A stretch of DNA of 64,000 bases, taken from Blepharisma stoltei ATCC 30299. Lineage: Eukaryota > Protista > Ciliophora. The DNA lies in the NCBI GenBank assembly GCA_965603825.1, contig CBFDEM010000039.1:124001-188000 (forward strand). Reading direction: 5' to 3'. The notes under the pieces are model-generated. The model was not told the origin of the DNA, did no database searches, and was given only the letters and a program-made list of their open reading frames with translations. Position 1 is the first letter of the stretch. The number at the start of each line of letters is the position of its first letter. Below are positions 46,679-58,473 of the stretch, one piece after another. A program made the translations under genes and the position numbers.

Positions 46679-48598
46679 ATGGTTAGCCCGCAAGTCTTCT
46701 CCAGGAGAGAGAGTCAAGAGAGTAATATAGAGATTCCAGTGATGAAAGAAGAAGAAAATTCAAGTTTAGTAGAAGTTTATCAAGAAAAATCCCCTACAGA
46801 AGCCAACGGACATGATGAAAGGACTAAAATCCAATTGTGCTGGGATAATGTTAGCTACGTCATCGAAAAAGAAGGTCAAGAGACTCAGATCCTAAAATCA
46901 GTTTCAGGAAAGGCCAATCCTGGGGAGCTTCTAGTTTTGATGGGGTCATCAGGGGCTGGAAAGACAACACTTCTCAACATCTTGGCTGGAAGACTTAATA
47001 ACACAGGCAGCGCAAAAATTATTGGCCAAATAACAGCAAATGGGACAAACATAAAAGACCTTGATTTTGGGTACTATTCAGCCTATGTAACCCAAGAGGA
47101 TATCTTGCTTCCTAATCTAACCCCAAGAGAGTCCTTAATGTTTTCATCAAGACTTAGGATGCCTGGTAATTATCAACAACATGTAAAAAGGGTTGATGGG
47201 ATCATCGAAGACTTGAGATTGATGAAATGTGCAGACAAGATCGTTGGGAGCATAACCAAAAAAGGACTATCAGGAGGTGAAAGGAAAAGAGTTTGCATTG
47301 GGATGGAACTTATCACTGATCCTATTGTCCTTTTACTTGATGAGCCTACTTCTGGACTTGACAGTTTTACTGCGGAAGTCGTCATTGATTTACTAATAGA
47401 GCAATCAAGAAAAGGTAGAACTGTAATGTCAACTATTCACCAACCAAGTTCAAGCATGTTTGATAAGTTTGATAAATTAGTATTATTAGCAGAAGGCCAC
47501 ATTGTATATCAAGGCCTTGCTGCTGATTCCACAAAATATTTTACAAAAATTGGCTATGAGTGCCCCAAACTCATGAATCCAGCTGACTATTATATGAGAT
47601 TACTTCATATTGTAGATAGGAAGAATCTTACTGAAAAAGAGCATGAAAAAATAGAAAACATTGTGGCAGCTTATGATTCAATAGAGCAGGATAAAGGAAA
47701 TTATGATGAATCAAAACTTGAGCATTTGAAAACTAAACATTTAGCATCTCCTACAAATTTCGCTACTCAGTTTATGATTTTATTAAGTAGAGCTTGGACA
47801 AACTCTAGAAGAGATCCTCTTGCTGGCCAAATTGTTATTTCTGAATACATTACGATGGGTGCTCTGCTTGCTTTGCTTTGTAATAACTTAGCAAAAAATT
47901 ATGATTCTTCAACAACCAGAACTCAAATTTTGTTTCTTTCATCCACAATTGTGTCTTTTTATTCATGCCAAAATTCAGCTATGCAATTTCCAAATGAGAC
48001 TCCTTTATTCCTTAAAGAAAGTAAGCAAAAGATTTATTCCACAGCTTCTTACTACCTTTCTAAATCACTTGCTGACATTCCTATGCAATTCCTTCCAATA
48101 TTACTCTATTGCCTTATTATTTATTGGGCAATTCCTCTTAACGATTATGATGCTAGCAAATTCTTTATTTTTTACTTTATACTTATTTTGCTGCAATTAA
48201 ATACGACAGGTGTTGGGTATATTTTAGGCTCTTTGGTCAAAACTGAGACTCTTGCGCTCGCTCTTACACCGATATTTATGCAGCCTATGATGCTATGGTC
48301 TGGATTATTCCCACATGTAGATGATTTTCCTCAAGGATTTTCTTGGATTCAATACTTTTCTGTAAGAATTATTTAGTGCATGAGATGGTCTTCTGAAGCT
48401 CTTATGGTAAATGAGTATAATGACTTGGGAATGCATTGCCAGCATTGTACAGATTGCAAGAAGTGCGATGTTCTAAGGGAATATGATTTTACTAGAAGTA
48501 TTGGAGAAGATGTCTTGTATCTCTGCATTCTTATGGTGGGATATAGAGTTATTGCCTATTTGCTGCTTTGGAAAAGAGCTGTTAATTCTCGTAAATAA
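46679..48598 (+). CDS. ABCG half-transporter, copy 10 (exons 46679-48361, 48377-48598), 634 aa
   Basis: Intact motifs. Confidence 0.95.
48362..48376 (+). other. 15-nt intron GTAAGAATTATTTAG
   Basis: Same position as in copy 2. Confidence 0.9.
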
Positions 48599-48859
48599 TG
48601 ATAATGATCTTTGATAAATACACAATAAATAGGTTTTTAATATTTTTATTCCTATAGTCATCATTCTAAATGAAAAATATTGAAATGCATTATTATATAT
48701 GAAAATAAATTTTTATGCCAAAGCAAAAATTGACTATTTATTTTTTTTCATGCTTTAAAATTAAGTGTATTTCTTTACACTCTTATTTTCTTTAAATCAA
48801 CAAATTTATGTTTGCTTTGCAATCAATTGATTATTAATTATTTTTTTGAATCTATATAA

Positions 48860-50662
48860 ATGTCATGCTCAAACCCATCTTGCCAAAATAAAGCAGACGA
48901 CTTTGAAATATGCCCTCGTTGTAACGCCCAACATTACTGCTCTTCCAATTGTCGTAGAATTGACTGGATTTCCAAACATCAATTTGAATGCCAAAAACCT
49001 AAAATTTTTACACTCAAAGATTTCAGGGAAATTGAAGATTCCCAGCAACAAATTTTAGGCAAAGGAACATACGGAGAAGTTCGACTTGTCCAGCATCAGG
49101 AATCAGGCCAATATTACGCTTTAAAGCAAATAAAAAAAGATAAATACATCGAAACATCATCTGTGGACATCTTAAGACGAGAAATCGAAATCCATAAAAC
49201 CTTGAACCATCCAAATATAATCCAATTAATTCAATTTTTCGAAGATGAAGAATTTGTATATATTTTGCTTGAATACGCAGCCAGAGGGTCACTATTCCAT
49301 TTAATCAGGCGGCAAAGAGGTTTACCTGAAGAAAAAGCTTGAAAATATTTTACCCAGACTTGTATAGGAATAAAGTATATGCATGATAATCATTTTATTC
49401 ATAGGGATATGAAGCCCGAGAATATTTTATTAGATGGAAACGACAATGTAAAAATTTGTGATTTTGGATGGTGCACTCAGAGTAACGAAACTAGAAATAC
49501 TTTCTGTGGGACGCTAGATTATATGGCCCCTGAAATGATATTAAGTAATGGGCACTCTTTTGAGGTCGATATATGAGCTTTAGGAGTCTTGTTGTTTGAG
49601 CTAATTCATGGTTACCCACCTTTTAGATCGATAAAAGATACTGAAAAATGTAAACAAATCATAAACGCTGAGGTAAAATTTAAAAATAATTTAAGTGACC
49701 AGGTGCAAGATTTAATATTGAAAATATTACAGAAAGAGGCAAAGGATAGGCTGAGTTTGCTAGAAATTTTAACACACCCGTGGGTTGAGCTATATGTTCC
49801 TGATAATGAATTTGAGCCGAATGTCAAAGTGAGGCATCCAGAGTATGGAGAAGGGGTTATTCTGGAAGCTAAGGGGTTAATTGTATTTGTGTATTTTCCA
49901 GAAAAAAGTTTTACATTAAAAATTACAATTTCAGATGCGATGAGCATTTTGAAAATTATTTATGAAAATGAGAGTGAATTAAATGAAGAGGATTTTAGAG
50001 ATACAGCTGGAGGCCTTGGATTAGGGCTTTTATCAGAAAAAACATCATCAAAAATTCAAGGAAACAACCATTTAGAAATATTAGCAGAAAAACCTGAAGA
50101 AAGTGTACTAATAAGTGAAGAAAACGTCAAAGAAAGTGAAGAGGAAGAAATTGAAATAATTGAAAATTTCGAGCTATATAGAGAAGATGAAGAAGAAGAA
50201 GAAGAAGAAGAAATTATCGAAATCGAGAAAAATATTGCTTTCGATGAAAATGAAGGAGCAGGTGGGCTATTTTTAAACGATGAAGAAATTGATTCACTTA
50301 TAATTAAGCGGCAACAAGCTGTAAAACTAGCAATCCTTTCAATTGATAGGCCAATAAGAGAAGCATCAAAAAGAAACATAAAAAAGATTGAACCAAGTCC
50401 TGCTATCAAAATCCAGAAGGCGCCTAATATAATCAAGCCAGTTGAAAGCAAAGAAAAACCAATAAAAAAGTCTGAGCCGCAAAACCAAGAATTAAAAGAT
50501 AAAGAAAAAGAGCTCAATAGGCTAGTTTCGTCAATTGAAAATACCAACGGAGCAAAGCGAACTAATTATAGGGCAGTTGAAAAACCTAAGAAAAAAGAAA
50601 AATCAGGGCTTGGAAGCTTCTTCTCAGGTCTTCTTGGCTGCACTCAAAGAGATAAAAATTAA
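48860..50662 (+). CDS. MYND zinc finger plus Aurora-like Ser/Thr kinase with acidic tail, 600 aa
   Basis: CxxC...YCSxxC...DW..HQFEC; LGKGTYG, ALK, RREIEIH, HRDMKPEN, DFGW, TFCGTLDYMAPE. TGA 49574 is the Trp of VDIWALG; TGA 49340 is also in frame. Confidence 0.9.
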
Positions 50663-50778
50663 AATATGTAACAAATTTCATAATAAATAATTAATCCTTA
50701 CCTTAATTTATAAATAATGACGCTATCCAATTAGACAAGAATTTAGCTAAAAAGCAACTTATTTTAGTAAATAAAAAC

Positions 50779-51102
50779 TTATTTAGGAGTTTCTCTAGAA
50801 TTTGCGAACTCATTATAAGCTTTGTCGAAGCCTGCTGAACGAGTTAAGGCAACGACTACTTTATTTCTGCGTCTATCAATGTTTTTATGATCAGGCTCAG
50901 TCACTGAGAGTGTCTCGAACTTTTCCAAGTCAGCATAACCTAGAGAACAAAGCATCTCGGCAGCCCTCACAGTGTTAGCGCTGGCTTCACCCAAACCTTG
51001 AAGTTCCACGTGGCCATGCTCTTTGAGAATTTCTTTTGAGTGGGCTACAAAAGCTGGATAAGGTCTGCGAAGGCTGACTTTGATTACAGTACTGTTTTCC
51101 AT
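50779..51102 (-). CDS. Alba-domain DNA/RNA-binding protein
   Basis: VELQGLGEA.ANTVRAAEML, ETLSV and KVVVAL pattern; 107 aa. Confidence 0.8.
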   Translation of the reverse strand: MENSTVIKVSLRRPYPAFVAHSKEILKEHGHVELQGLGEASANTVRAAEMLCSLGYADLEKFETLSVTEPDHKNIDRRRNKVVVALTRSAGFDKAYNEFANSRETPK

Positions 51103-51421
51103 GCTAGAGAAGAACTAAATTATACCCATGACATTTTTTGGGAAATCTAGGATTTTATTATTAAATTTAGGTCTTAGAGTGATGAGTGAATTTTGAAGGG
51201 AAATAGGATGCTAAGCAGATAAATTATTGAAATATAATAAAAATAGGATTAATCTTTGGAAATTTATAGAATAGAGTACTTTAAGAGTTAATAAACCATA
51301 AAATAATTGTTTAATTTTAGGATATCACAGTTACAGTAAACAATTATCAATAAAGTTTGTGCTTAGTAAAATTGTATTAAATAATAAAGGCATTATCCAA
51401 AAAATCACATTAACTAGAGTC

Positions 51422-53239
51422 TTATTTATTAGCTATTAGCTTATCTAATTTTCCTATTATTTCCTCATCAGAATCAAATGGCCCAATATTCAAAATTTCC
51501 CACCCCTTCATCTCTAAACTTTTATTAGACGCTGTATTAAAGCGTTTTAAAAATCTTGCAGGCAAAACATAATCTGAAAACCTATTAATCTTTATCAATT
51601 TCTTTGATAACGGAATTGAAAAATCAAAATAGAAATTGCAATAGTAGTCTCTTACGATGTCTATTCTTTTTGATAATATGCATTTTCTAATTAAATTGGT
51701 AAATAAATAATCGCTAATAAGTGTATGGGCACTAGTCGAGTTGCTTTTCCTCAAATCTCTATCTCGAGCCCATCTCCATGATGCATTAATATCATCGATA
51801 TAAGGCTCAATCTTATTTAAAAATTCATAAAGGTAAGGTGAGTCATACAAAGAAACATGAATAAGATAAAGATAATTCCAATTGATCTCGTAGCTTGATA
51901 GAATTATTGTCTCATCAAGAAAGCTCCTCCAAAATTTTTCATTATAATCTTTACTAATGCTGCAAAATAAAGCTATTTTAGTTTTCTGCACATTATTTGC
52001 CTCATCATAATTCTCAAACAAAATATTTTTAAGCCGCTCTAATAGCTCCGTATCATAATTCTCATAATTGTTTCATAGAATCGATATAAGTTCTAAGCAT
52101 AAATCTATCTTTTCTAATAATTTTAAATTTGAAAATTCTGTTGTATCTATTTTTTCTTTGATCAATTGGATCAATCTATCATCAATATAGCAGGTTTGCT
52201 CATTAAATTGTTTGATTGACAGTGTTAGATTAATACTAGTCATTTTTGGAAATCTTTCTAAGAAATTCTCATAAATTATCTTATGTACTAGATCATTTTC
52301 GGACTGAAATTCAGGCAATTTTCCAATACAGAATAAAAATGAGGCAAAGTATGAATCTTCAATACTTTTGATTTTTTGAATTAAAAAACATCCAATTTCT
52401 TGAGATAATTCTCGATATTGATTATTATCCAATAAAAAAGATCTAAAGTAAATACATGCTTCTGAGGCATTTAGTTCACCATTTAGAAAACGAGATTCAA
52501 AAATTTTCTGTATAACTTCAAGCAAATTTTCTCCTTCTTCAGTTTTCAGCGATAATCCTCCATGCACATAAGAATTTGCAAAAGTAAAAGCATTTGACAA
52601 TAAGAAAAAATTGTGTGATTTTAAGTTTTCCAAATCGCTTCGATTTATATTTTTTGCTAGTGTTTTATAAATTTCTTTGTATTTTTCAACATTAACTGGA
52701 GCTTCAATAAGTCTTGTTATCGAATGGAGCTTTTTTACTCTCAAATAGCTTCTATTTCTTGATAAATAATTTAATAATTCGTCTTCAATATTTTCATTTT
52801 TTGGAATAGCAGCAATTTTATGCATTGAAAGTATATTGCCCAGACAAATTTCAATATCTCTATTGTCAGTATAATGCTTCAATGATTTAGCAACAGCTTC
52901 TTCAAATACTTTTAGCACATTCTTTGATGAGTGCCTTGTAAAATTTTCTCTCATAACTGTGCTTATAAATTTTGCTAATTCGTCATAAATACCTTGAAAT
53001 GTTAAGTGGCTGGCTTTTGCAAAGGCTTTTTCCAGCTCTTCAACACCGATTTCATTTTTCTTGAATTTTTGACAAATTTCAGTGATTTGGCCAAGATTTA
53101 AATATGGTTCGGCAATTCTTCAATTCTTATTAGGAGAAGATGACTTTGTTGTATAGAATCTGCTAGTCCTGGAAATATTGAATCTTTTGCTTGCAAAAGA
53201 CAAATAATTAAAAGCTCTCTTTAGTGAAAATAAAAGCAT
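51422..53239 (-). CDS. Probable mitochondrial helical-repeat protein with degenerate RAP-like C-terminus, 605 aa
   Basis: ATG 53239; two in-frame TGA join the track ORFs. Arg/Ser-rich, acid-free N-terminus; FDF...LEMKGWEILNI ending. The gene model is firm, the product call is weak. Confidence 0.55.
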
Positions 53240-53252
53240 TTCAAGAATATAA

Positions 53253-53600
53253 ATGGATTTTTATGAAAATTATAAAAAGAGAAGGGAAGAATTGAAAGAA
53301 AAATCCATAAATATTTCGTTAGAAGAAGGGAAAAAATGCTGGGAAAAACATCACAGCAAAAGAAAAGCAGACTATAATGAGTGCAGCAAAAATTCAGTAT
53401 TTTTATATCATGTATTTTCTGATGGGAAAAGAAGGCTTAATGCTAAGAAAAGAGAAAATAAACAAAAATGTGAAGAACTCGCTAACCCTGCTCAGCTAAA
53501 AATCTGCAAATTAAAGGTCTATGAAGATTTATGCAAAGATTTAGAAAGTCTTAATAGAAAGTTAGATAGGGAATATTTATCATATAAAGCATCACTTTAA
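53253..53600 (+). CDS. Small basic Cys-containing hypothetical protein, 115 aa
   Basis: Clean ATG-TAA ORF that fills the gap between two minus-strand genes. Confidence 0.65.
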   Translation: MDFYENYKKRREELKEKSINISLEEGKKCWEKHHSKRKADYNECSKNSVFLYHVFSDGKRRLNAKKRENKQKCEELANPAQLKICKLKVYEDLCKDLESLNRKLDREYLSYKASL

Positions 53601-53609
53601 GTTACTTAA

Positions 53610-56600
53610 TTAATCATCTACCTGAAAAGGCACATTAAAGCCTCCTCCAATTCTCTTCCATTTCTTTCTTTCTTTGGCTTCTCTTTCTTCTTTTGCTTTT
53701 TGTTCTTCAAATTTCCTTAAAGCCTCAGTTGCTCTTTTTCTTGTGACTTCTTCATTTTTGATTTTTTGCATTATTCTCCTCCTTTTCTCCAACTCAATCT
53801 CATCTAGTTTTTTCTGTTTTTCTTTCAATAGCTCTTCTTCTCTTCTCCTTTTATCTTCAAGCTCCTTTTTTCTCTTTTCTTCTTCAAGTTCTCTTAATAG
53901 TCTTGCTTCTTCTTCTATCTTTTTAAGCCTTTCTTCTTCAATTTTTTTTAGCCTTTCTTGCTCTTCAAGCTTTGCTTTCATGATAAGTTCAAGCTCTTTT
54001 TTAATTGTTTTTGGGTCCTTTCACGCGTTTATTTGTAGTGGGAACAAATTTAGGCGGCCTTGTGGGAGAAATAAATCTATTGTATAAAATCCATGAGTGG
54101 TTATATTGTAAGAGCAGGTGTAAATGTTAAAAGAAGACTGAGAAATTGAGGTTAAAATAGGATTTTTATTAAAATCTTTGACAGAAAAGTCCAGATTTTC
54201 AGGATTTGCAGGGTTGTCATAGTCATCATAAAACTCGATTTCTATTGACCTCTGGCCATTTTTCTTTTTCGATATCTGGAAGCTTTCAATGCCATTTCCT
54301 TTAACTATTGATTTTAAGATGCTCACTGGGCCAGGGAAAATAGTAATTTTCTTATTAATAATCTGCTCATTTTGATAGCTTACTTGTATTTGATAATCTC
54401 CCGCTATAAATGACGGGAATGAAATAATATTTCCACAATAGTCAACACTTGTAATTTTACTATATTCCACATTTCTGTTATTTATCAATATTTTTATATC
54501 AAACTCAGAGAAATTCCAAGTCGTGTTTCCATAAGAGTCAATGGCATCAACGGAAAATTGTAAATTTTCACCAGCAAAATAGGTGTCTTTAAGTTTATTC
54601 ACTATGCAACTCGGTCCATATGCAGCTCCTGGTAAAATCTGCACTGATATTTCTTCAGATTTTCCAATCTCTACTATTTTTGGCTCTCCATCTTCAATGA
54701 CTAAATCTTGAAGAATTGCTTCAACGTAAAGCCCTTTTACTTTGATTTTTAATAAAACATCGCCTGCTCTTTTTCCTTTAAGGAACAGCTGATATTTCCC
54801 ATCACCTAAATCAATTAATTTTTTTTCTAGGCCTTCACTACCTTCAATAAAGACATCTTCAATATAAAGCTCTCCACCTATAGAAGACTGATTATCATAT
54901 TTATCAAACCCCAAAAAATCTAGCATAAACTCCCCTCCTGCATGAACAATTAATTTATTTTCCTGAATTCTTTTATTGATTATCGGCAAGTAGCATTTGC
55001 ATGAGCATAAAGATGTTGGGGAAACTGTATAAATTGCTGGAGAATTTGTTACTTGTAGACCATTGCATCATACATAGATGTCATGGTTTCCAGCTTCAAT
55101 AAGTCTAAGCTCAATTATATATCTTCTATTATCAAAATATACAATAATTTCCCCTTTGCTTAAATTTCCTGTATCATGGCTAAAAGCTTTGGCTGAAATT
55201 CTATCACCAGGACTTACAGTAAATTCTAAATCATTATTTACTAGTTGTAAATATAATGAATATTTTTTCCCCGCTTCAATTGCTTCAAGCGGGATATGCG
55301 AAATAAAGCATTTTTCAGGGTGTGTGTATTTTAATGATATTAAAAATGTCTCACGAAGGCATTGGATTTCTTTGACTTCTCGTGATTTTAAGCTTGAAAG
55401 CAGCATAGGCGATTTTATAGAAGGTGGATTTCCAGAATAATCACCAATTAACCCTCATGAATAAGTTTGCCCATTTCTTGTCACAGCTAAAACTTGTGAC
55501 TTAGTGCAAGCTGCATATTCAGTCCCTAGCATTTTTGGCATATTCGTGATAATACTCATATTAGGGTTAACCGAGTTTTCACCATTTCCTAATTGTCCTA
55601 CATTTCCTAAGCCGAATGCATACACATTGCTGTCTGCTGAAACCAAAATTGAAAATTCTTCCCCACATCTGGCAAATGATATAGAATTTGCGGTTGGGAT
55701 TTTTTGGGGCGAAAAAACGTCTTGGAGATGTCCTAGACCTAGCTGGCCACATGAATTTGTGCCGGTGGAGAATAATTCTCCGTTAATAGTCACAAACAGT
55801 GTATGTGCAGCACCACAGGAAATATGATTTATATTAGCCAAATCGCCTATAACTACAAAATCCCTTGAATTTATAGTGTTTCCTATACCTAATTGCCCAC
55901 AGTTGTTTCACCCAGTTGCCAGCGCTCTGCCTTTGTCATCTAAAATGACAGTATGTCCTAGCCCTGCAGAACCAGCTTTGATCTTTGTATTTAATTTCAA
56001 TAATGTAGGCTCAGGGATATTATTCCCTGGCAATGCACATTGCCCATATGCGTTTATTCCTCATGCATAAACTTCCCCATTATTGCAAAATGCCATAGAA
56101 TGGCCGCCTCCACAACAAACAGCCCTTACTCCTTTATCAATTAATTTAGGCAGAATTCTTGGATTGTTGGTACTTCCTGCTATTCCGCACTGATTTTGGG
56201 TGTTGTCTCCTCATACATAAAGCTCACTTGCGAAGGAAAGGGCTAAAACATGAGCTATTCCACAGGCGCTATTTAATTATTACACTTCAGTTATTTGGAC
56301 TCCTATGAGGTATGGGATTGGAGTAGGTCTTAAGGAGTGGTTTCCTAGTTCTAATAGAACTGCTTTGCCTCGTTCTAGCTGGTTGACTGTATTTTCAAGT
56401 TCATTTAAGGAAGATGATACAGTAGGGTCAGCTTGCAAAGCAAGAGATATGCGGAGATTAAATAATGCTTCACTGTTTAGATCAAGAGATTTAAAAACTA
56501 AAGCGAGACGGTAGTAGCCTTTATTTCAGGATTTACATTGTTTTATGCACTCTTGTGCATCTTCCAAAGCATTTTTAAGCTTGTTTAATTTTAGATAGGC

Positions 56601-56750
56601 TGCGCAGCGATTTCCTAATAAAAGATGATTATAAGGATCATAACGTAAAGCTTTTGTATAAGCAATTATGGCTTTTGAGTATTCACCTTTGCTGAAGTAG
56701 TCATTTCCAATTGTCTTGATTTTTTCTATAGCAGAAGAGCCAGTTCCCAT
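53610..56750 (-). CDS. TPR plus RCC1 repeats plus filamin/Ig-like repeats plus coiled-coil tail, 1041 aa (exons 56750-56284, 56268-53610)
   Basis: TPR (GNDYF..GEY..A...YTKAL; W.KGYYR) and RCC1 (ACG..H, YxWGxN..GQ.G) motifs. Seven TGA read as Trp, several at RCC1/TPR Trp sites. Ig-like VDAIDSYGN and EFYDDYDN. One 15-nt intron. Confidence 0.85.
56269..56283 (-). other. 15-nt intron GTAATAATTAAATAG
   Basis: Splicing restores ITEVACGIAH; in-frame TAA if retained; A at -6. Confidence 0.88.
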
Positions 56751-57332
56751 ATTAATTGAAACAATTTATTGCTTATTTCTATCAAATTTACTATTTATAA
56801 CTTGATGCTAGCATGACGACTGTTGTGCCAAATCTGTTAATTTGTGGAAGGGATGAAAATGGAAAGATATGATGGCCTAATGGATTTTTCAGAAGAATAG
56901 AGCTTATAATTATTGAAGTTTGGTGAAGCTCAGGCAATGAAGGCGGATAGATATTGCTAGCCCATCTTGGAGGAAAAATAGGAGCTTAAATTAGTAACTG
57001 TATTAGATGAACCTGGAAATTACTGGAGATGCTGATTAATGTGCCATGTGTTATTGATACTTAAGTTGAAGCTGAAGTTGGAGTTTGATTGAAGCAAATG
57101 TTGAAATTGATGTTTTGTTTGCTTGAGAAAAACAAGAGGAGTGCTGAATTGAGCTTTAAGTTATAAGTTATTTTTTAATAAAATCTATTTAAATTCAAAT
57201 AATTTCACTACTTTCACATCCTTTATTACTATTTTCAGATATTATTACTAAATTAATTGCCTCATTACTTAAAAAACTCTATTATTTTCTCATTTTAATT
57301 AATTTTTGGAGTATGAAATATTTAATAGAACA

Positions 57333-58349
57333 ATGGAAGTTGAAGAATCTTTAATTAAAAAGTTCCATCATCTGCTAAAACGAGTTTTTACAGAAAATTG
57401 CAGCCTTGATGATGAAGAGGTCACCGAAGAAGAATTAGTTACATTAGAGAAACTCCGGCCAATAGAAGTCTATGAAAACTTTAAAGCAACCGTTCTGAAT
57501 TTATTAGACTTTAAGCAGAAAGTCAGAAAATCTGAAATATCTGATCTGTTATTAGAAAATGAAAAGCTGGAACTTTTATTACAAAAATCAGAAGCAGAAA
57601 TCAGGACTCATTTCAGCAATGAAAATCAGCTTAAAATCTATATAGAAATCTACCAAGGAAAAATTGAAGACCTAGAAAAACAAATGAATGAATACATAAA
57701 AAGCATAAAAGAGCAAGAAAAAAACCTAAAAGACAAAGAATCACAAATCAGGCACTTAAAAAAAAAGAGCAGGCTCAGTATGAATGAAAACGAGCTAGAT
57801 TTTAAATTAAGATCAATAGAAGACCAATTTAAAGAAGAAATTTATAAGACAGTTGAGCAGCACAATAAAGATAGCCAGGAAGATTTTGACACAAATAAGC
57901 CAGAATTCAAAACTTTTGACTGGAGAAAACAGAGAAAGCTGGATTTAAAGCAGAAAATAACAGTAGAAGAGTCAGTCAAAGCAAAACCGATTCTTGATGA
58001 TAAAAATAAAGATAACGGGAAAACAAAAATCATGCTATTTAAAGATGAAGAAAAATCACAAGGGAGAAATTCTGCTAGCAAAGCTGATGTAAAATTGATT
58101 GACGTGAAAAGAAATTTCCAAGCTAAAAGGGACAATAAAGATGTAAATAGGAGATCTGCATCAAGCTTATTTGAAATTCTCAAAAAATCAAGCTGCTCCA
58201 ACACCTCCCCCAGAAAAGACAAAAAAAAAGACATCAGCAGCAAAAAGAAACTTTACAATATTGGGCACATAAGAAGCAGCTCAGACCTGCTGAGATCTGA
58301 GTCATTAGCTAAAAAGCTGTATCACGCCAACAAATTAACAGACCGTTAA
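57333..58349 (+). CDS. Coiled-coil hypothetical protein
   Basis: ATG 57333 lies in the long track ORF; heptad-rich N-half and basic Ser-rich tail. Confidence 0.75.
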   Translation: MEVEESLIKKFHHLLKRVFTENCSLDDEEVTEEELVTLEKLRPIEVYENFKATVLNLLDFKQKVRKSEISDLLLENEKLELLLQKSEAEIRTHFSNENQLKIYIEIYQGKIEDLEKQMNEYIKSIKEQEKNLKDKESQIRHLKKKSRLSMNENELDFKLRSIEDQFKEEIYKTVEQHNKDSQEDFDTNKPEFKTFDWRKQRKLDLKQKITVEESVKAKPILDDKNKDNGKTKIMLFKDEEKSQGRNSASKADVKLIDVKRNFQAKRDNKDVNRRSASSLFEILKKSSCSNTSPRKDKKKDISSKKKLYNIGHIRSSSDLLRSESLAKKLYHANKLTDR

Positions 58350-58473
58350 TCCCTCCTTATATTATAATAAAATTTAATCTCACACAACTTCTCTATTCCA
58401 AATTTTTATTCAAAAATTTTGCCATCTGCCACATATAGTCATTCCACCATTTTAGCATTAATTTTGACCGCAG

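Noticed and set aside
21640-47385. Recurrent antisense ORFs (e.g. SINKSITTSAVKLSRPEVG) in ABCG copies
   Set aside because: Shadows of the conserved sense-strand NBD, not independent genes.
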